Virus record (IMG/VR): IMGVR_UViG_3300030060_001275
Span: 1 to 52,681 of that record
Direction: 5' to 3' (one strand)
Source of the DNA: a virus
Lineage: Duplodnaviria; Caudoviricetes
DNA: 52,681 bases
Shown here one piece after another: positions 27,351 through 37,554 of the stretch. The notes under the pieces are model-generated. The model ran no database searches and was not told the DNA's origin. It worked only from the letters and a program-made list of their open reading frames with translations. The number at the start of each line of letters is the position of its first letter. Within the stretch, counting starts at the first letter, position 1. Position numbers and translations under genes: made by a program.

Positions 27351-28260
27351 GATAAATGGCGCATACGTGGAAAGTCTAGTAAATGCGTACTTAAACTCAC
27401 GAGATTTTAAACGTGTGACTGCTTCACAGGATCAGTATCGTTACTGGATGCGTGTTTTCTGTGATACCGAATGGAATGGCAAAAAGGTACGCAATCTTAA
27501 ATACAATGACATAACTGCACCACAAGCGCAGGAGATTTATGACATTCTATCGGATCGTGGTATTACTTTTGCTAATCGTATTACTGCTGTAGTACGCAAA
27601 ATATACAACTACGGCATGAAGTATGGTCATGTAAATAATAATCCTTGGTCTAGTATTCAGACTGAAACACCCAAGCCTCGCAAGGTAATGTGGCAACCAG
27701 AAGATGTTAAAGCGTTTTTAACCACTGCGTACAGTAAGTTTAATACTCGTGGTATTGGTTTGATTGCACATATGGCTTATGAATGGGCGCAACGTATTGG
27801 TGATATGCGAATGCTTACTTGGGATAAAATTGACTTTGAAAACAATGTGTTACATTTAGAGCAGTCAAAACGTAGAGCAATAGTACACTTACCCATCTCA
27901 GAGGATTTAATGGATGTACTAAAACAACAGAAAGAAGCATTTGATTGGCAATCTTATGTTGCACCGAATGTAAATGCTCGTAATGATAACGGTTATGCGC
28001 CATATGGATTGGAGGTAGTATCTCGTGTCGCAAAAAAAATTATTATTAAGGCGGGACTTGATCCTGAACTCAGACTTGCTGACCTTAGACGCACGGCTAC
28101 AACGGAAATGGTGGAAGCAGGTGTCGGCATTGCTCAAATCATGCAAGTTACAGGACATCAATCACCGCAATCTGTCACGCCGTATATGAAAAACACTTTG
28201 ACCGGAGCTACAAATGCTTGTACACTCCGTTCTGTTCACATGGCAGGTGGTACATCTTAA
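27334..28260 (+). CDS. int: Tyrosine recombinase / integrase
   Basis: AQRIGD (R), QSKR (K), DLRRT, TGH and catalytic Y in VTPY. Confidence 0.9.
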   Translation: MEITNEINGAYVESLVNAYLNSRDFKRVTASQDQYRYWMRVFCDTEWNGKKVRNLKYNDITAPQAQEIYDILSDRGITFANRITAVVRKIYNYGMKYGHVNNNPWSSIQTETPKPRKVMWQPEDVKAFLTTAYSKFNTRGIGLIAHMAYEWAQRIGDMRMLTWDKIDFENNVLHLEQSKRRAIVHLPISEDLMDVLKQQKEAFDWQSYVAPNVNARNDNGYAPYGLEVVSRVAKKIIIKAGLDPELRLADLRRTATTEMVEAGVGIAQIMQVTGHQSPQSVTPYMKNTLTGATNACTLRSVHMAGGTS

Positions 28261-29054
28261 TGGTTACAGTGAGCGATTACATTAAATCTTTGGATCTAGC
28301 TATGGAAGAAACAAAAAGATGTGATTGTCCTGTATGTCATGGGAGAAATACATTTACTGTGACTCGTAGTTACACTGGCACTCTGTACAACTGCTATAAA
28401 AATAGTTGTAAGATCCGGGGGTCTTATCCCCATAGACTCAGTGCAAGCGAGATCATAGCGTCATACCTGCACAGGAATGCTCCTGAGAGCTATTCTGAGC
28501 AGTATCTATGTAGGTATAACGTGCCTCCCTATGTCGTACCATACACTGAGGTAGAACACCCCATAGATCCTATGTTTTTAGATCGTTACGGCATCAAACA
28601 CAAGGATGTTATGTATGATATTCGACAGGATCGTGTGGTGTTTCTTGTCTACACTGAGAACAATGTTCTTGTAGATGCAGTAGGCAGATCGATGACAGGC
28701 AGAACACCTAAATGGCTACGTTATGCCGCATCTCCTATGCCCTATGTTGTTGGGGTAGGTAAGGTTGCAGTTATAGTGGAGGATGCAATCAGTGCATATG
28801 TTATTTCGGAATGTGAAGATTTGCCAGAAGTAGTCGGCATTGCTTTGTTAGGTACACAACTCACTGACTTTCATCGTGCTTATATTAAGAAAGGGTTTGA
28901 TAAGTTAATTGTTGCATTAGATCCCGATGCAAGGGACAAGACACTGAAAATAGCAAAAGAATTAAATGCTAAAGCATTAAATTTAAAAGATGATTTAAAG
29001 TACAGACGTACTGAAGATTTAAATAACTTGAGGAAGATGTTAGATGTGGTATGA
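28260..29054 (+). CDS. DNA primase (Zn ribbon + TOPRIM), start revised
   Basis: CPVC...NCYKNSC, IVEDAISA, ALLGT, LDPDA; TAATG coupling to int. Confidence 0.85.
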   Translation: MVTVSDYIKSLDLAMEETKRCDCPVCHGRNTFTVTRSYTGTLYNCYKNSCKIRGSYPHRLSASEIIASYLHRNAPESYSEQYLCRYNVPPYVVPYTEVEHPIDPMFLDRYGIKHKDVMYDIRQDRVVFLVYTENNVLVDAVGRSMTGRTPKWLRYAASPMPYVVGVGKVAVIVEDAISAYVISECEDLPEVVGIALLGTQLTDFHRAYIKKGFDKLIVALDPDARDKTLKIAKELNAKALNLKDDLKYRRTEDLNNLRKMLDVV

Positions 29055-29337
29055 AAAAACAGTTCGTGGCTGGACAGAAACAGAGTTAGATGAACTAAAA
29101 AATATGTGGAATAAAGGAAAAACAATACGAGAGATAGCAGAAAAACTCAAACGCACACCTAATTCTGTTAAAATGTGTATGTATAGACACAAAGAAATTT
29201 TAAATTTAATAAATAAACATAAAGGTGGTCGGCCTCGCAAACAAGATAAACCAGTGAGTAAGTTTGAAAAACAATATTATGGTTCAGTTCCGTATTTACA
29301 TTGGACAATTACAAAATCATGGGGAAAAGCACAATGA
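29044..29337 (+). CDS. GcrA-like HTH protein
   Basis: WTETELDELKNMWNKGKTIREIAEKLKRTPNSV resembles the GcrA N-terminal HTH. Confidence 0.55.
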   Translation: MWYEKTVRGWTETELDELKNMWNKGKTIREIAEKLKRTPNSVKMCMYRHKEILNLINKHKGGRPRKQDKPVSKFEKQYYGSVPYLHWTITKSWGKAQ

Positions 29338-29570
29338 TTCTAAGCTTATATATGTTACTGTTTAGCGTGAATAGTGAGCCTTATCAAATATCTAATCGCC
29401 CCTTTGAGTCATTTGAAGAGTGCGCTAGTTTTGTAAACTTACTAGCAAAAAGAGATGTGGTCATGCCTGATGGTCATTTTTTATTTATGACTAAGGATTA
29501 TTGGGTCTTCAAAGGAGAGTGTGTAAGTACAAAAGATTACATGAAAAGATCATATGATAAGAAGCAATGA
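29301..29570 (+). CDS. Hypothetical protein
   Basis: Hydrophobic N-terminus followed by F.S.EEC...C motif. Confidence 0.5.
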   Translation: MDNYKIMGKSTMILSLYMLLFSVNSEPYQISNRPFESFEECASFVNLLAKRDVVMPDGHFLFMTKDYWVFKGECVSTKDYMKRSYDKKQ

Positions 29571-29684
29571 GTTACCCAAAAACAAAGTGTATGTACTGTT
29601 GTACTAAAGATGCGGTCGTTGTTGAAAAAGATACATTCTTTTATTGCGCTTTGTGCTGGTTAAAAAATATAGGGAGAGAATAAA

Positions 29685-29921
29685 ATGAACAAAAAACCGC
29701 CAATTGTTTTTACTTACAATGGCACAGGATTAACAGGTGATTCTGCATACTTGTGGGCGTTGTTTCTAGCTAATGAAGCAGACATGGCAGAAGACTATGT
29801 AGCGTATGACAAGTGGAGGCAAATAGTAGATTGTTTAAAACCTCAACCTAATATGCCTGTAACATCTTCTTTTTATTGTAAAGATTTAATGGATGAAATT
29901 GAGAGATATAGCCATGAATAA
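29685..29921 (+). CDS. Hypothetical protein
   Basis: GGGAG SD, 78 aa. Confidence 0.55.
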   Translation: MNKKPPIVFTYNGTGLTGDSAYLWALFLANEADMAEDYVAYDKWRQIVDCLKPQPNMPVTSSFYCKDLMDEIERYSHE

Positions 29922-30150
29922 GATAGGATATGACATAGTTGTTGGGGGTGAGTTGCCTCGTATAGGTTCTGGGTATCGTTTGGTTTATGCTTCTGAGGGT
30001 CGTAAGTGGGTTTATGTAACTACTCTTCAAGGAGATGGAAGAACTAGATTGTCAAAAAAAGCATGGAGTAAAATTAAAAAACGTGGCATACTAGATGAAA
30101 GCGATATTAAACGTGGGTTACGAAAAGCTAAAAAGAGATTGTTTGGATGA
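29893..30150 (+). CDS. Basic hypothetical protein
   Basis: PRIGSG.R......GRKWV motif. Confidence 0.55.
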   Translation: MKLRDIAMNKIGYDIVVGGELPRIGSGYRLVYASEGRKWVYVTTLQGDGRTRLSKKAWSKIKKRGILDESDIKRGLRKAKKRLFG

Positions 30151-30428
30151 TTAAAATAGCTATTCAACTTTTAAATCCTGCAAAGAATGCCTTACGGGAT
30201 AGTCCAACAGAATATAAATTTTTATTGTCTGTCTTGTTAGCATCCATGTGGTGCATAGCCTTTGGGATTTTTACTGCTGAGTTACTTATGATCGGTTACA
30301 ATATTATAGGACACATAGCTTTGATACTCTGCGTGTTTGTAACATGGGGGGTTTTTAAAATGGCAAAAAAGCCCAACGTCCCCTCTACAAAAAACAAAGT
30401 GGTGTGGGACTTAACGAAAGAAAGTTAA
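30147..30428 (+). CDS. Two-TM membrane protein
   Basis: LASMWCIAFGI...GH.A hydrophobic segments. Confidence 0.6.
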   Translation: MIKIAIQLLNPAKNALRDSPTEYKFLLSVLLASMWCIAFGIFTAELLMIGYNIIGHIALILCVFVTWGVFKMAKKPNVPSTKNKVVWDLTKES

Positions 30429-30460
30429 ATCATTGGACAGATGAATGGGTGGAGTAAAGA

Positions 30461-30673
30461 ATGAATTTATTCGTATTGGTAATAAGTTTGTGGGGATTTA
30501 CAGGTACTGAGTGGCAGTATGTCGGAAATCAAATAGTTTATCAGGAGCCGATGTCCAAAGAACAGTGTGAAGAAATGACTAAACACTTTGCTAAGTATGA
30601 GTACAATGAATTTTATCGAATGTCTTTACAATGTGTGTCAGCAGACGATGATAAAAAAAGTAGGAGTTTATGA
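30461..30673 (+). CDS. Hypothetical protein
   Basis: GGAG SD, hydrophobic start, two Cys. Confidence 0.55.
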   Translation: MNLFVLVISLWGFTGTEWQYVGNQIVYQEPMSKEQCEEMTKHFAKYEYNEFYRMSLQCVSADDDKKSRSL

Positions 30674-30710
30674 AGAAGAAAAGAAACATTGTAAATAGGA
30701 GATAAACATA

Positions 30711-31928
30711 TTGGAACAAATAGCTCTGTTAAAAAGCCTATTAAATAAAGATTTTTATGATGAGTATAAAGGAGATAAATGCCCTCATAGAATATTTAGC
30801 AAACAGTTTGGTGTAATAAAGACAGTGATTGACGCTGCTATGAAAAAGTACAATAGAGACTTAACTGTGGGTGAAATTGAGGGTTTGTTTTTAGCACATC
30901 ATCAACGAGGTATTACTACTGCGGAAAAAGAAGAGTTTAAATCTATCTTTTTTAAATTACGCAAAGAAGATCCCATAGGTAAAGATGTAGCTGACGAGAT
31001 ATTGTCTAAACTATTTCAGATAGATATAAGTGAAGAGTTGTATGCGTTATCTTTTGCTTATGCTAATGATGATAATCAATCATTAGAGCCACTGCGAAAA
31101 CTCGTGCAAAGACATCGTGATGATTTTTTACCTGATTTAAATATAGAATGGGATGATTTAGAAGTTGAAACACTGATTGAAAAAAACGATCTTGAAACTA
31201 GATGGCATTTTAATTTACCCTCACTAGCGCAGCATGTAGAAGGAGTAAACGCAGGACATCTTATTGTAGGAGGAGCTAGACCTAACACAGGTAAAACATC
31301 TTTCCATGCTTCTTTAGTAGCTGGAACAAATGGATTTGCTCAACAGGGAGCTAAGTGCATCGTGCTATGTAACGAGGAGGCTACACATAGAGTTGGTGCG
31401 CGATATCTTACAGTGGCTAGTGGCATGACCATGAAGGAGGTACGAGATAATCCACGAGAGGCGCAACAAAAATGGGCTAAATTAAAAAACAATATTAAAA
31501 TTAAGGATGCTACTGGGCAGTCTATGCATTGGGTAGAGTTAGTGTGTAAGACTTATAATCCAGATATAGTGGTTTTGGATATGGGAGATAAATATGCCCC
31601 CGATCAGTCACATGAAGGTCTTAAACTTTGTGCTATTCATGCTAGGCAAATTGCTAAAGAATATGAATGTGCAATTTTTTATATGTCTCAGTTAAGTGCT
31701 GAAGCAGAAGGACGTACTACTCTTAATCAATCCATGATGGAGGGCAGTAAGACGGGTAAAGCTAGTGAAGCTGACTTGATGCTACTAATAGCTAAAGATC
31801 CTCCTGTAGAAGGTATGGAAGATGATGGATTTGGCAGGCATATTAATGTAGCTAAAAATAAATTAACTGGGTGGCATGGAAAAATTACATGTCGGTTGGA
31901 TTATTATATAGGCAGGTATGAAGCATGA
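30711..31928 (+). CDS. DnaB-like SF4 replicative helicase
   Basis: Walker A GARPNTGKTS, CNEE, VVLD, SQL, EAD and KNK motifs. Confidence 0.92.
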   Translation: MEQIALLKSLLNKDFYDEYKGDKCPHRIFSKQFGVIKTVIDAAMKKYNRDLTVGEIEGLFLAHHQRGITTAEKEEFKSIFFKLRKEDPIGKDVADEILSKLFQIDISEELYALSFAYANDDNQSLEPLRKLVQRHRDDFLPDLNIEWDDLEVETLIEKNDLETRWHFNLPSLAQHVEGVNAGHLIVGGARPNTGKTSFHASLVAGTNGFAQQGAKCIVLCNEEATHRVGARYLTVASGMTMKEVRDNPREAQQKWAKLKNNIKIKDATGQSMHWVELVCKTYNPDIVVLDMGDKYAPDQSHEGLKLCAIHARQIAKEYECAIFYMSQLSAEAEGRTTLNQSMMEGSKTGKASEADLMLLIAKDPPVEGMEDDGFGRHINVAKNKLTGWHGKITCRLDYYIGRYEA

Positions 31929-32419
31929 TTGAAATTTCGGTCAGGGATGATCAACTTATCAAAGCTCGTAATCAGGCTGTTGAAATGGGCAAACTTCATA
32001 ACAGTATTACTAAAGGACAAGGCAATGTCGCAGGATTTATAGGTGAAATAATAACTGCTGAATTGTGTAATGCTACACAGGAAAATACTTACGATTATGA
32101 TTTAGTGTTAATCAATGGTGAAACTATAGATGTAAAAACAAAAAGAACATCAGTTACTCCTTTACCACATTACGATTGTAGCGTAGCTAAGTTAAGCACT
32201 CATCAGAAATGTGACAATTTTGCATTCGTGCGAGTAAAGAATGATTACAGTGTGGCATGGTTTTTAGGCATGATTCCTCGCTCGACTTACTACGAAATAT
32301 CACGATTTATGAATAAAGGAGACATAGATCCTGACAATGGATATGTTGTTAAATCTGCATGTTACAATTTATCAATCGAAGATTTATGGAAGGCATCAAT
32401 ACATGAAAGTAGTTCTTGA
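31925..32419 (+). CDS. Putative PD-(D/E)xK nuclease-fold protein
   Basis: GFIGE...YDYDL.....IDVKTK. Confidence 0.55.
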   Translation: MIEISVRDDQLIKARNQAVEMGKLHNSITKGQGNVAGFIGEIITAELCNATQENTYDYDLVLINGETIDVKTKRTSVTPLPHYDCSVAKLSTHQKCDNFAFVRVKNDYSVAWFLGMIPRSTYYEISRFMNKGDIDPDNGYVVKSACYNLSIEDLWKASIHESSS

Positions 32420-34460
32420 TGTAGAAAATACGGCAATTAAAAAAGATGGAAAATTACATCTTGATCCCTTTGAACCACAAAATAGTTTAGTCATGGTGGG
32501 TATACAGATTGAGGGAAAAGAGCCTATGCATTGGACGTTTGATCATAAGCAATATTCTTTAGATCAATTAGCATGGACTAGAGAACAAGACTGTAAAGAA
32601 ATACAGGATATATTAGATAAAACTACTTTACTTATTGCCCACAATGCTTCACATGATTTGTTATGGATTTGGCAGACAGGTTTTACTTACGCTGGTGCAG
32701 TATGGGACACCATGCTTGCAGAATACGTTCTACAAAGAGCTATCAAAGAGCCTTTATCTCTTGAGGCAGTGGCGGAGCGTAGAGATTTACCAATAAAGAA
32801 ACAAGATACACTGAAAAAGTACCTAAAGGATGGGTACACTGTGGATAAAATACCACACGAAGAGCTTAAAGCTTATCTATATGATGATCTTAGAGCTACG
32901 ATGGCACTTTACTATGATCAGTCTACCGATATGAGAGATAAAAATAATTCTGGTTTATCTGGTGTAATTGATCTTACTATGGAGACATGTAGAGTATTAG
33001 CTAAAATATATCAAAATGGGTTTACTGTAGATAAAAATGCCTTAGAAAGCGTTAAGACACAGTTTGAGCAAGAAAAAATACAGCTACAAAAAGAGTTACA
33101 GGATAGTGTTCGTGAGCTTATGGGGGACACACCTATAAATCTTAATTCTCCTGAGCAATTATCTTGGGTAATTTATTCACGCAAACCACGCAACAAAACT
33201 CAGTGGGCTAACGATGTACAGCCTTATATGAAAGCAGAAGAGTTTAAAAAGTTTGTAAATTCTTCGTCTATGCCTGTACGCAAAACAAAGGCAGGTAAGT
33301 GTAAAGCTTGTCGTGGTAATGGTACTTATTATAAGGTAAAGAAAGATGGCAGTAATTTTAAAAATAGTAGTAAATGCTCTACATGCTTAGGCAGAGGATA
33401 CATCCTAACAGAGCTTCCCAAATTGGCAGGCTTAAAATTTAGTGCGCCTAGTGTGGATTGGCACAGTGCAAATGGATTTAGCACAGGAAAACTTAATTTA
33501 GAATTTTTAGAACGTGTAGCTAAATCTAAAGGAATGAACGAAGCGGTAGATTTTTTATTTAAGATACGTAGATTAAGTGCTGTAGATACCTATCTCAGTA
33601 GTTTTGTAGAGGGTATTAAAAACTTTCTCAAACCAGATGGGCTGTTACATGTAAGGTTGTTACAGCATCGTACTGCTACTGGTAGGTTTAGTGGTGCAGA
33701 TCCTAATATGCAGAACATGCCAAGGGGTGGCACATTTCCTGTGAAAAAAGTTTTTGTGTCTCGTTGGGATGGTGGCAAGATTATGGAAGCTGACTTTGCT
33801 CAGCTAGAATTTAGAGTCGCGGCATTTTTGTCGCAGGATCAAGTGGCAATGAAAGAAGTATCGGAGGGTTTTGATGTCCACTCATACACCGCACAAGTCA
33901 TTTCGGAAGCGGGTCAGGCGATTAGCAGGCAGGAGGCGAAAGCACACACATTTGCACCGTTATATGGAGCAACTGGATACGGAAGAACATCAGCAGAAGC
34001 CAGATACTACGAACACTTTACAGAAAAGTACAAAGGAATAGCTAAATGGCATCAGAATTTAGCAAAAGAAGTTCTTACGTTTAGAAAAATTACCACGCCT
34101 AGTGGTAGAGAATTTTCTTTTCCTAACATAAAAAGAAGAACTAATGGTACTATTACAAACTTTACCGCTGTTAAAAATTATCCTGTTCAATCTTTTGCTA
34201 CCGCAGATATAGTTCCTGTGGTCTTACTGGAAATGGATAAAAAATTAATTAATTTGAGATCTATGATAGTAAATTCAGTGCATGATTCTATAGTAATTGA
34301 TATTCATCCAGATGAAATGAATCAGGTAAGTAACATTATTAATGATTTAAACAGTGAGCTAAAAGATCTTATAGACAAAAGATTTGACATTAATTTTAAT
34401 GTTCCCCTTTTACTTGAAGCAAAAGTTGGTGTAAACTGGCTTGAGCAAATGGAGGTCTGA
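32403..34460 (+). CDS. polA: DNA polymerase family A with DnaJ-type zinc-finger insertion
   Basis: Exonuclease motifs LDVE, HNASHD, YLYDD; CKACRGNG...CSTCLGRG; TGRFSG, DFAQLEFR, KAHTFAPLYG, VHDS. Confidence 0.95.
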   Translation: MKVVLDVENTAIKKDGKLHLDPFEPQNSLVMVGIQIEGKEPMHWTFDHKQYSLDQLAWTREQDCKEIQDILDKTTLLIAHNASHDLLWIWQTGFTYAGAVWDTMLAEYVLQRAIKEPLSLEAVAERRDLPIKKQDTLKKYLKDGYTVDKIPHEELKAYLYDDLRATMALYYDQSTDMRDKNNSGLSGVIDLTMETCRVLAKIYQNGFTVDKNALESVKTQFEQEKIQLQKELQDSVRELMGDTPINLNSPEQLSWVIYSRKPRNKTQWANDVQPYMKAEEFKKFVNSSSMPVRKTKAGKCKACRGNGTYYKVKKDGSNFKNSSKCSTCLGRGYILTELPKLAGLKFSAPSVDWHSANGFSTGKLNLEFLERVAKSKGMNEAVDFLFKIRRLSAVDTYLSSFVEGIKNFLKPDGLLHVRLLQHRTATGRFSGADPNMQNMPRGGTFPVKKVFVSRWDGGKIMEADFAQLEFRVAAFLSQDQVAMKEVSEGFDVHSYTAQVISEAGQAISRQEAKAHTFAPLYGATGYGRTSAEARYYEHFTEKYKGIAKWHQNLAKEVLTFRKITTPSGREFSFPNIKRRTNGTITNFTAVKNYPVQSFATADIVPVVLLEMDKKLINLRSMIVNSVHDSIVIDIHPDEMNQVSNIINDLNSELKDLIDKRFDINFNVPLLLEAKVGVNWLEQMEV

Positions 34461-34461
34461 A

Positions 34462-35343
34462 ATGACAACAACAACAGATATTGCAACATTAAATACTGCT
34501 AACTTTGCAGAAATGGCGCAGGCTATGGGCATAGGCGCGGATATGAGTAGCTCATCTAAAGCGTCCACATTGCCTAGACTAAGAATATGGAACTCTTCTG
34601 TTATGGGACAGGTAGAAGTTAAAGGCAAAATGAAGAACATGGAGATCATACCTGCTGGTATGTATCGTCTTCAAAAAGCTGATGATTCTTTTGTGTACGC
34701 AGAAAGTATAGAGATACGAGTTTTTGTTCAGCGATTTATGTACAAAAGATACAACGCAGAAGAAAAGACGTATGAAAAAACTGTTATGGCGGAAGATCTT
34801 AATGGCGATTTAAAGGACAACACTGGAAAATTTAACTGTGGTAAACCTGCTGGTTATATTGATAACTGGGGAGATTTACCAAAAGACCGTCAGGATTTTC
34901 TGAAACAGATTAAACGTGTGCGCGTTTTGTTGGGAGAGGTTAAGTTAATTAATCCTGTGGATAGAGAAGGAAATGAAGTTTCTTTAGATATTTCTCCATT
35001 TATTTGGGAGATTGATAACAAAGAAGCATTCAAGACTATGGGTGCTCCCTTTAACACTATGGGCAAACAAAAGCGTCTACCAGTGCAGCATTGGATTAAA
35101 TGCGGCGCAGAAGAGCGTAGTTTGGCTACTGGAGCTTCTTTCTTTTTACCTACTCAAACAGTTGATCTAAACAATAATATAGAATTACAAGAAGCTGATC
35201 AAAAAACATTCGCAGATTTTCTTGAGTGGATTGGTAATTATAATCAGTATATTGTTAACTCCTACAATGAAAAAGTAGTAGAAACTGTTTCACAAGAGGA
35301 TGCTGATTTAGTAGATCAGTATATTGATATCGAAGGAGAGTGA
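34462..35343 (+). CDS. Putative ssDNA-binding / recombination protein
   Basis: GGAGG SD; acidic C-terminus; position between polymerase and nucleases. Confidence 0.5.
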   Translation: MTTTTDIATLNTANFAEMAQAMGIGADMSSSSKASTLPRLRIWNSSVMGQVEVKGKMKNMEIIPAGMYRLQKADDSFVYAESIEIRVFVQRFMYKRYNAEEKTYEKTVMAEDLNGDLKDNTGKFNCGKPAGYIDNWGDLPKDRQDFLKQIKRVRVLLGEVKLINPVDREGNEVSLDISPFIWEIDNKEAFKTMGAPFNTMGKQKRLPVQHWIKCGAEERSLATGASFFLPTQTVDLNNNIELQEADQKTFADFLEWIGNYNQYIVNSYNEKVVETVSQEDADLVDQYIDIEGE

Positions 35344-35346
35344 TTA

Positions 35347-36222
35347 GTGAATCACCCTGCGGAGATAAAGATTCACAAATACCTTGAGGATGTTCGTAAA
35401 GGGAAACGTGGCATGTCGAGTGCCACTATTACTCGCATTGTCAAGGATGTGAAAGAAGCTGTTGCAAAACAGTTTAATCAAAAGGAGCGCACCTTCGGGT
35501 TGCGTATGTCCAATATCGGTAGACCTTATTGCCAGTTATGGTTTGATAAGAATAAACCGAAGGAGGGCATAGACATGCCTGCTAACTTCCTGATGAACAT
35601 GATGATTGGTGACATCGTGGAAGCAGTCTTCAAAGGAGTGTTGACTGAAGCAGGCGTGGATTTTAGTGACGGGCATAAATCCACACTAGAAGCAGGAAAG
35701 CATAAGATTGATGGTACACACGACTTAATTACTAACAATAGAGTTGATGATATTAAGTCTGCATCTCCTTGGTCTTACAAAAATAAGTTTAAGGACTATG
35801 CCACACTTAAAGAGCACGATTCGTTTGGCTACATAGGTCAGTTAGCAGGATACGCTGAAGCTCTGGGTGTAGAAGCCGGGGGATGGTGGGTATTAAATAA
35901 AGCTACTGGAGAATTTAAATACGTATCTGCTTGGGACATGGCTGTTGAGCAGAGTGACATTATTAAAGAAATAGAAAAAAAAGTAGATAAATTAGAAAAT
36001 AACGTGTTTGAACGCTGCTTTCAGCCCGTAGAAGAAACCTTCCGTAAAAAACCAACAGGAAATAAAATACTGTCAGGAGAATGTGGATGGTGTAGATATC
36101 GTTTTCAGTGTTGGCCCTCTCTTCAAGAGCTACCCTCACTTCCATCACAGGCAAAAGAACCACCTATGGTTGGATATATTGAGATAGCTGATGAGTATAA
36201 AACAAAACAAAAAACGCTATAA
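35347..36222 (+). CDS. Cas4-like PD-(D/E)xK exonuclease
   Basis: RMSNIGRPYCQLW, D.....DDIKS, QLAGY, CGWCRYRFQC. Confidence 0.8.
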   Translation: MNHPAEIKIHKYLEDVRKGKRGMSSATITRIVKDVKEAVAKQFNQKERTFGLRMSNIGRPYCQLWFDKNKPKEGIDMPANFLMNMMIGDIVEAVFKGVLTEAGVDFSDGHKSTLEAGKHKIDGTHDLITNNRVDDIKSASPWSYKNKFKDYATLKEHDSFGYIGQLAGYAEALGVEAGGWWVLNKATGEFKYVSAWDMAVEQSDIIKEIEKKVDKLENNVFERCFQPVEETFRKKPTGNKILSGECGWCRYRFQCWPSLQELPSLPSQAKEPPMVGYIEIADEYKTKQKTL

Positions 36223-36658
36223 TGCAATTAAGCATGGATATAAATCTGGACTAGAACACACGGTTCTTATGTCTTTAAAAAATAGAAAGTGTAATGCTAA
36301 ATACGAATGTTTAAAAATAGAGTGGGAGGAGTTGAACTACAGAACATACACTCCTGATTTTTTGTTACCAAATGGAATATTAATTGAAACTAAAGGCAGA
36401 TTTACTTCCGAAGATCGAAAAAAACATCTACAAATATCTAAGCAACATCCTACTTTGGACATAAGATTTGTATTTACAAATAGTAAAGCAAAAATTCGTA
36501 AAGGTTCTAAAACAACTTATGGTATGTGGTGTAATAAATATGGTTTTTTGTATGCGGATAAAGATGTTCCACAAGATTGGATTACAGAAAGAAAAAAAGC
36601 TGTTAAGATTATGCCTAAAGAGTTTGTAAAGTTTCCACTATGTAAAATTAAGAGGTAG
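36191..36658 (+). CDS. T7 endonuclease I-like resolvase
   Basis: YKSGLE, YTPDF, IETKGRF, DIRFVF, TTYGMWC. Confidence 0.9.
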   Translation: MSIKQNKKRYNAIKHGYKSGLEHTVLMSLKNRKCNAKYECLKIEWEELNYRTYTPDFLLPNGILIETKGRFTSEDRKKHLQISKQHPTLDIRFVFTNSKAKIRKGSKTTYGMWCNKYGFLYADKDVPQDWITERKKAVKIMPKEFVKFPLCKIKR

Positions 36659-36662
36659 TTAT

Positions 36663-37040
36663 ATGAGTAATAATAGCAAAGAAATTTTTCATTCTTCTTT
36701 TGCTGTGGTCATTGACCCAGAATTTGAAAAAGGAGAATGGACAGGTAATGTGTCAGCAAGTATTGAGGAAGATTTACAAGGTGATCTTTCTGAAGATGAA
36801 GCAGAAAAAATACTTAAAGTGTGTGCCATGATTGCGTCTACTTTGCATTTAATGGAAGAAGAGCCAGAATTTTTAGATTTTTTAACTAACTATTTTAATA
36901 AACATTTTTCAAAAAAATTAGAAAAGATTTATGAAGTAGAATTAGAAGAACCTAAAAAGGAAAGTCCTGTGTTTACTCGTAGTTCTGACGGCAAAGTCAT
37001 TACTTTAAACTTTAATACAAAAACATTTGGAAGTGCATAA
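36663..37040 (+). CDS. Acidic hypothetical protein
   Basis: GAGG SD, 125 aa. Confidence 0.6.
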   Translation: MSNNSKEIFHSSFAVVIDPEFEKGEWTGNVSASIEEDLQGDLSEDEAEKILKVCAMIASTLHLMEEEPEFLDFLTNYFNKHFSKKLEKIYEVELEEPKKESPVFTRSSDGKVITLNFNTKTFGSA

Positions 37041-37369
37041 TGAGTGATTCAGAAAGTTTTGAAAAAATACATGCTATGGGAGATGTATTTGATGACGTTT
37101 TTGAAGATACAGAAGATAGATTTTTTGATGAGGTAAATAAACCAGAGCATTACAACTCAGGAACGATTGAAACCTTTGTTTACATTTGTGATGTGATGAG
37201 ATTCTTTCATCCATTAGCACCCATATGGGGATGTCATTGGCAAGTGCTCAAGTATTTAAGCACACGCTTATGGAGTAAAGGTGATGCTATTACCAATGCT
37301 AAAAAAGCCCGTTGGTATCTTAATAAAATGATTGAGATGATGGAAGAAACTGAAGGGAAACATTGGTAG
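37040..37369 (+). CDS. DUF3310 / T7 gp1.7-like nucleotide kinase
   Basis: VNKPEHY...IE...KY..R...K......KKARWYL. Confidence 0.7.
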   Translation: MSDSESFEKIHAMGDVFDDVFEDTEDRFFDEVNKPEHYNSGTIETFVYICDVMRFFHPLAPIWGCHWQVLKYLSTRLWSKGDAITNAKKARWYLNKMIEMMEETEGKHW

Positions 37370-37554
37370 TGCCACAAGAAATTGAAGTAAAGGTTGACTT
37401 AGATTTTAATGTAGATATAACTGAAGTTTCTCCGGGACAAAGAAATGAAGATGGAATTATAGAGATCATCAAAGATGTGCTAGATTCGTGTGTCTATGAT
37501 ATTCCGGGTGCAGAGCTTAAAAAATTTGGAATTATAATTGAAGGATTGGATTGA
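37363..37554 (+). CDS. Hypothetical protein
   Basis: 63 aa, acidic, coupled to nrdA. Confidence 0.5.
   Translation: MVVPQEIEVKVDLDFNVDITEVSPGQRNEDGIIEIIKDVLDSCVYDIPGAELKKFGIIIEGLD

Noticed and set aside
35347-36222. Cas4-like gene as evidence of CRISPR-Cas
   Set aside because: It is a solo Cas4-like exonuclease in the replication module, which is common in phages.
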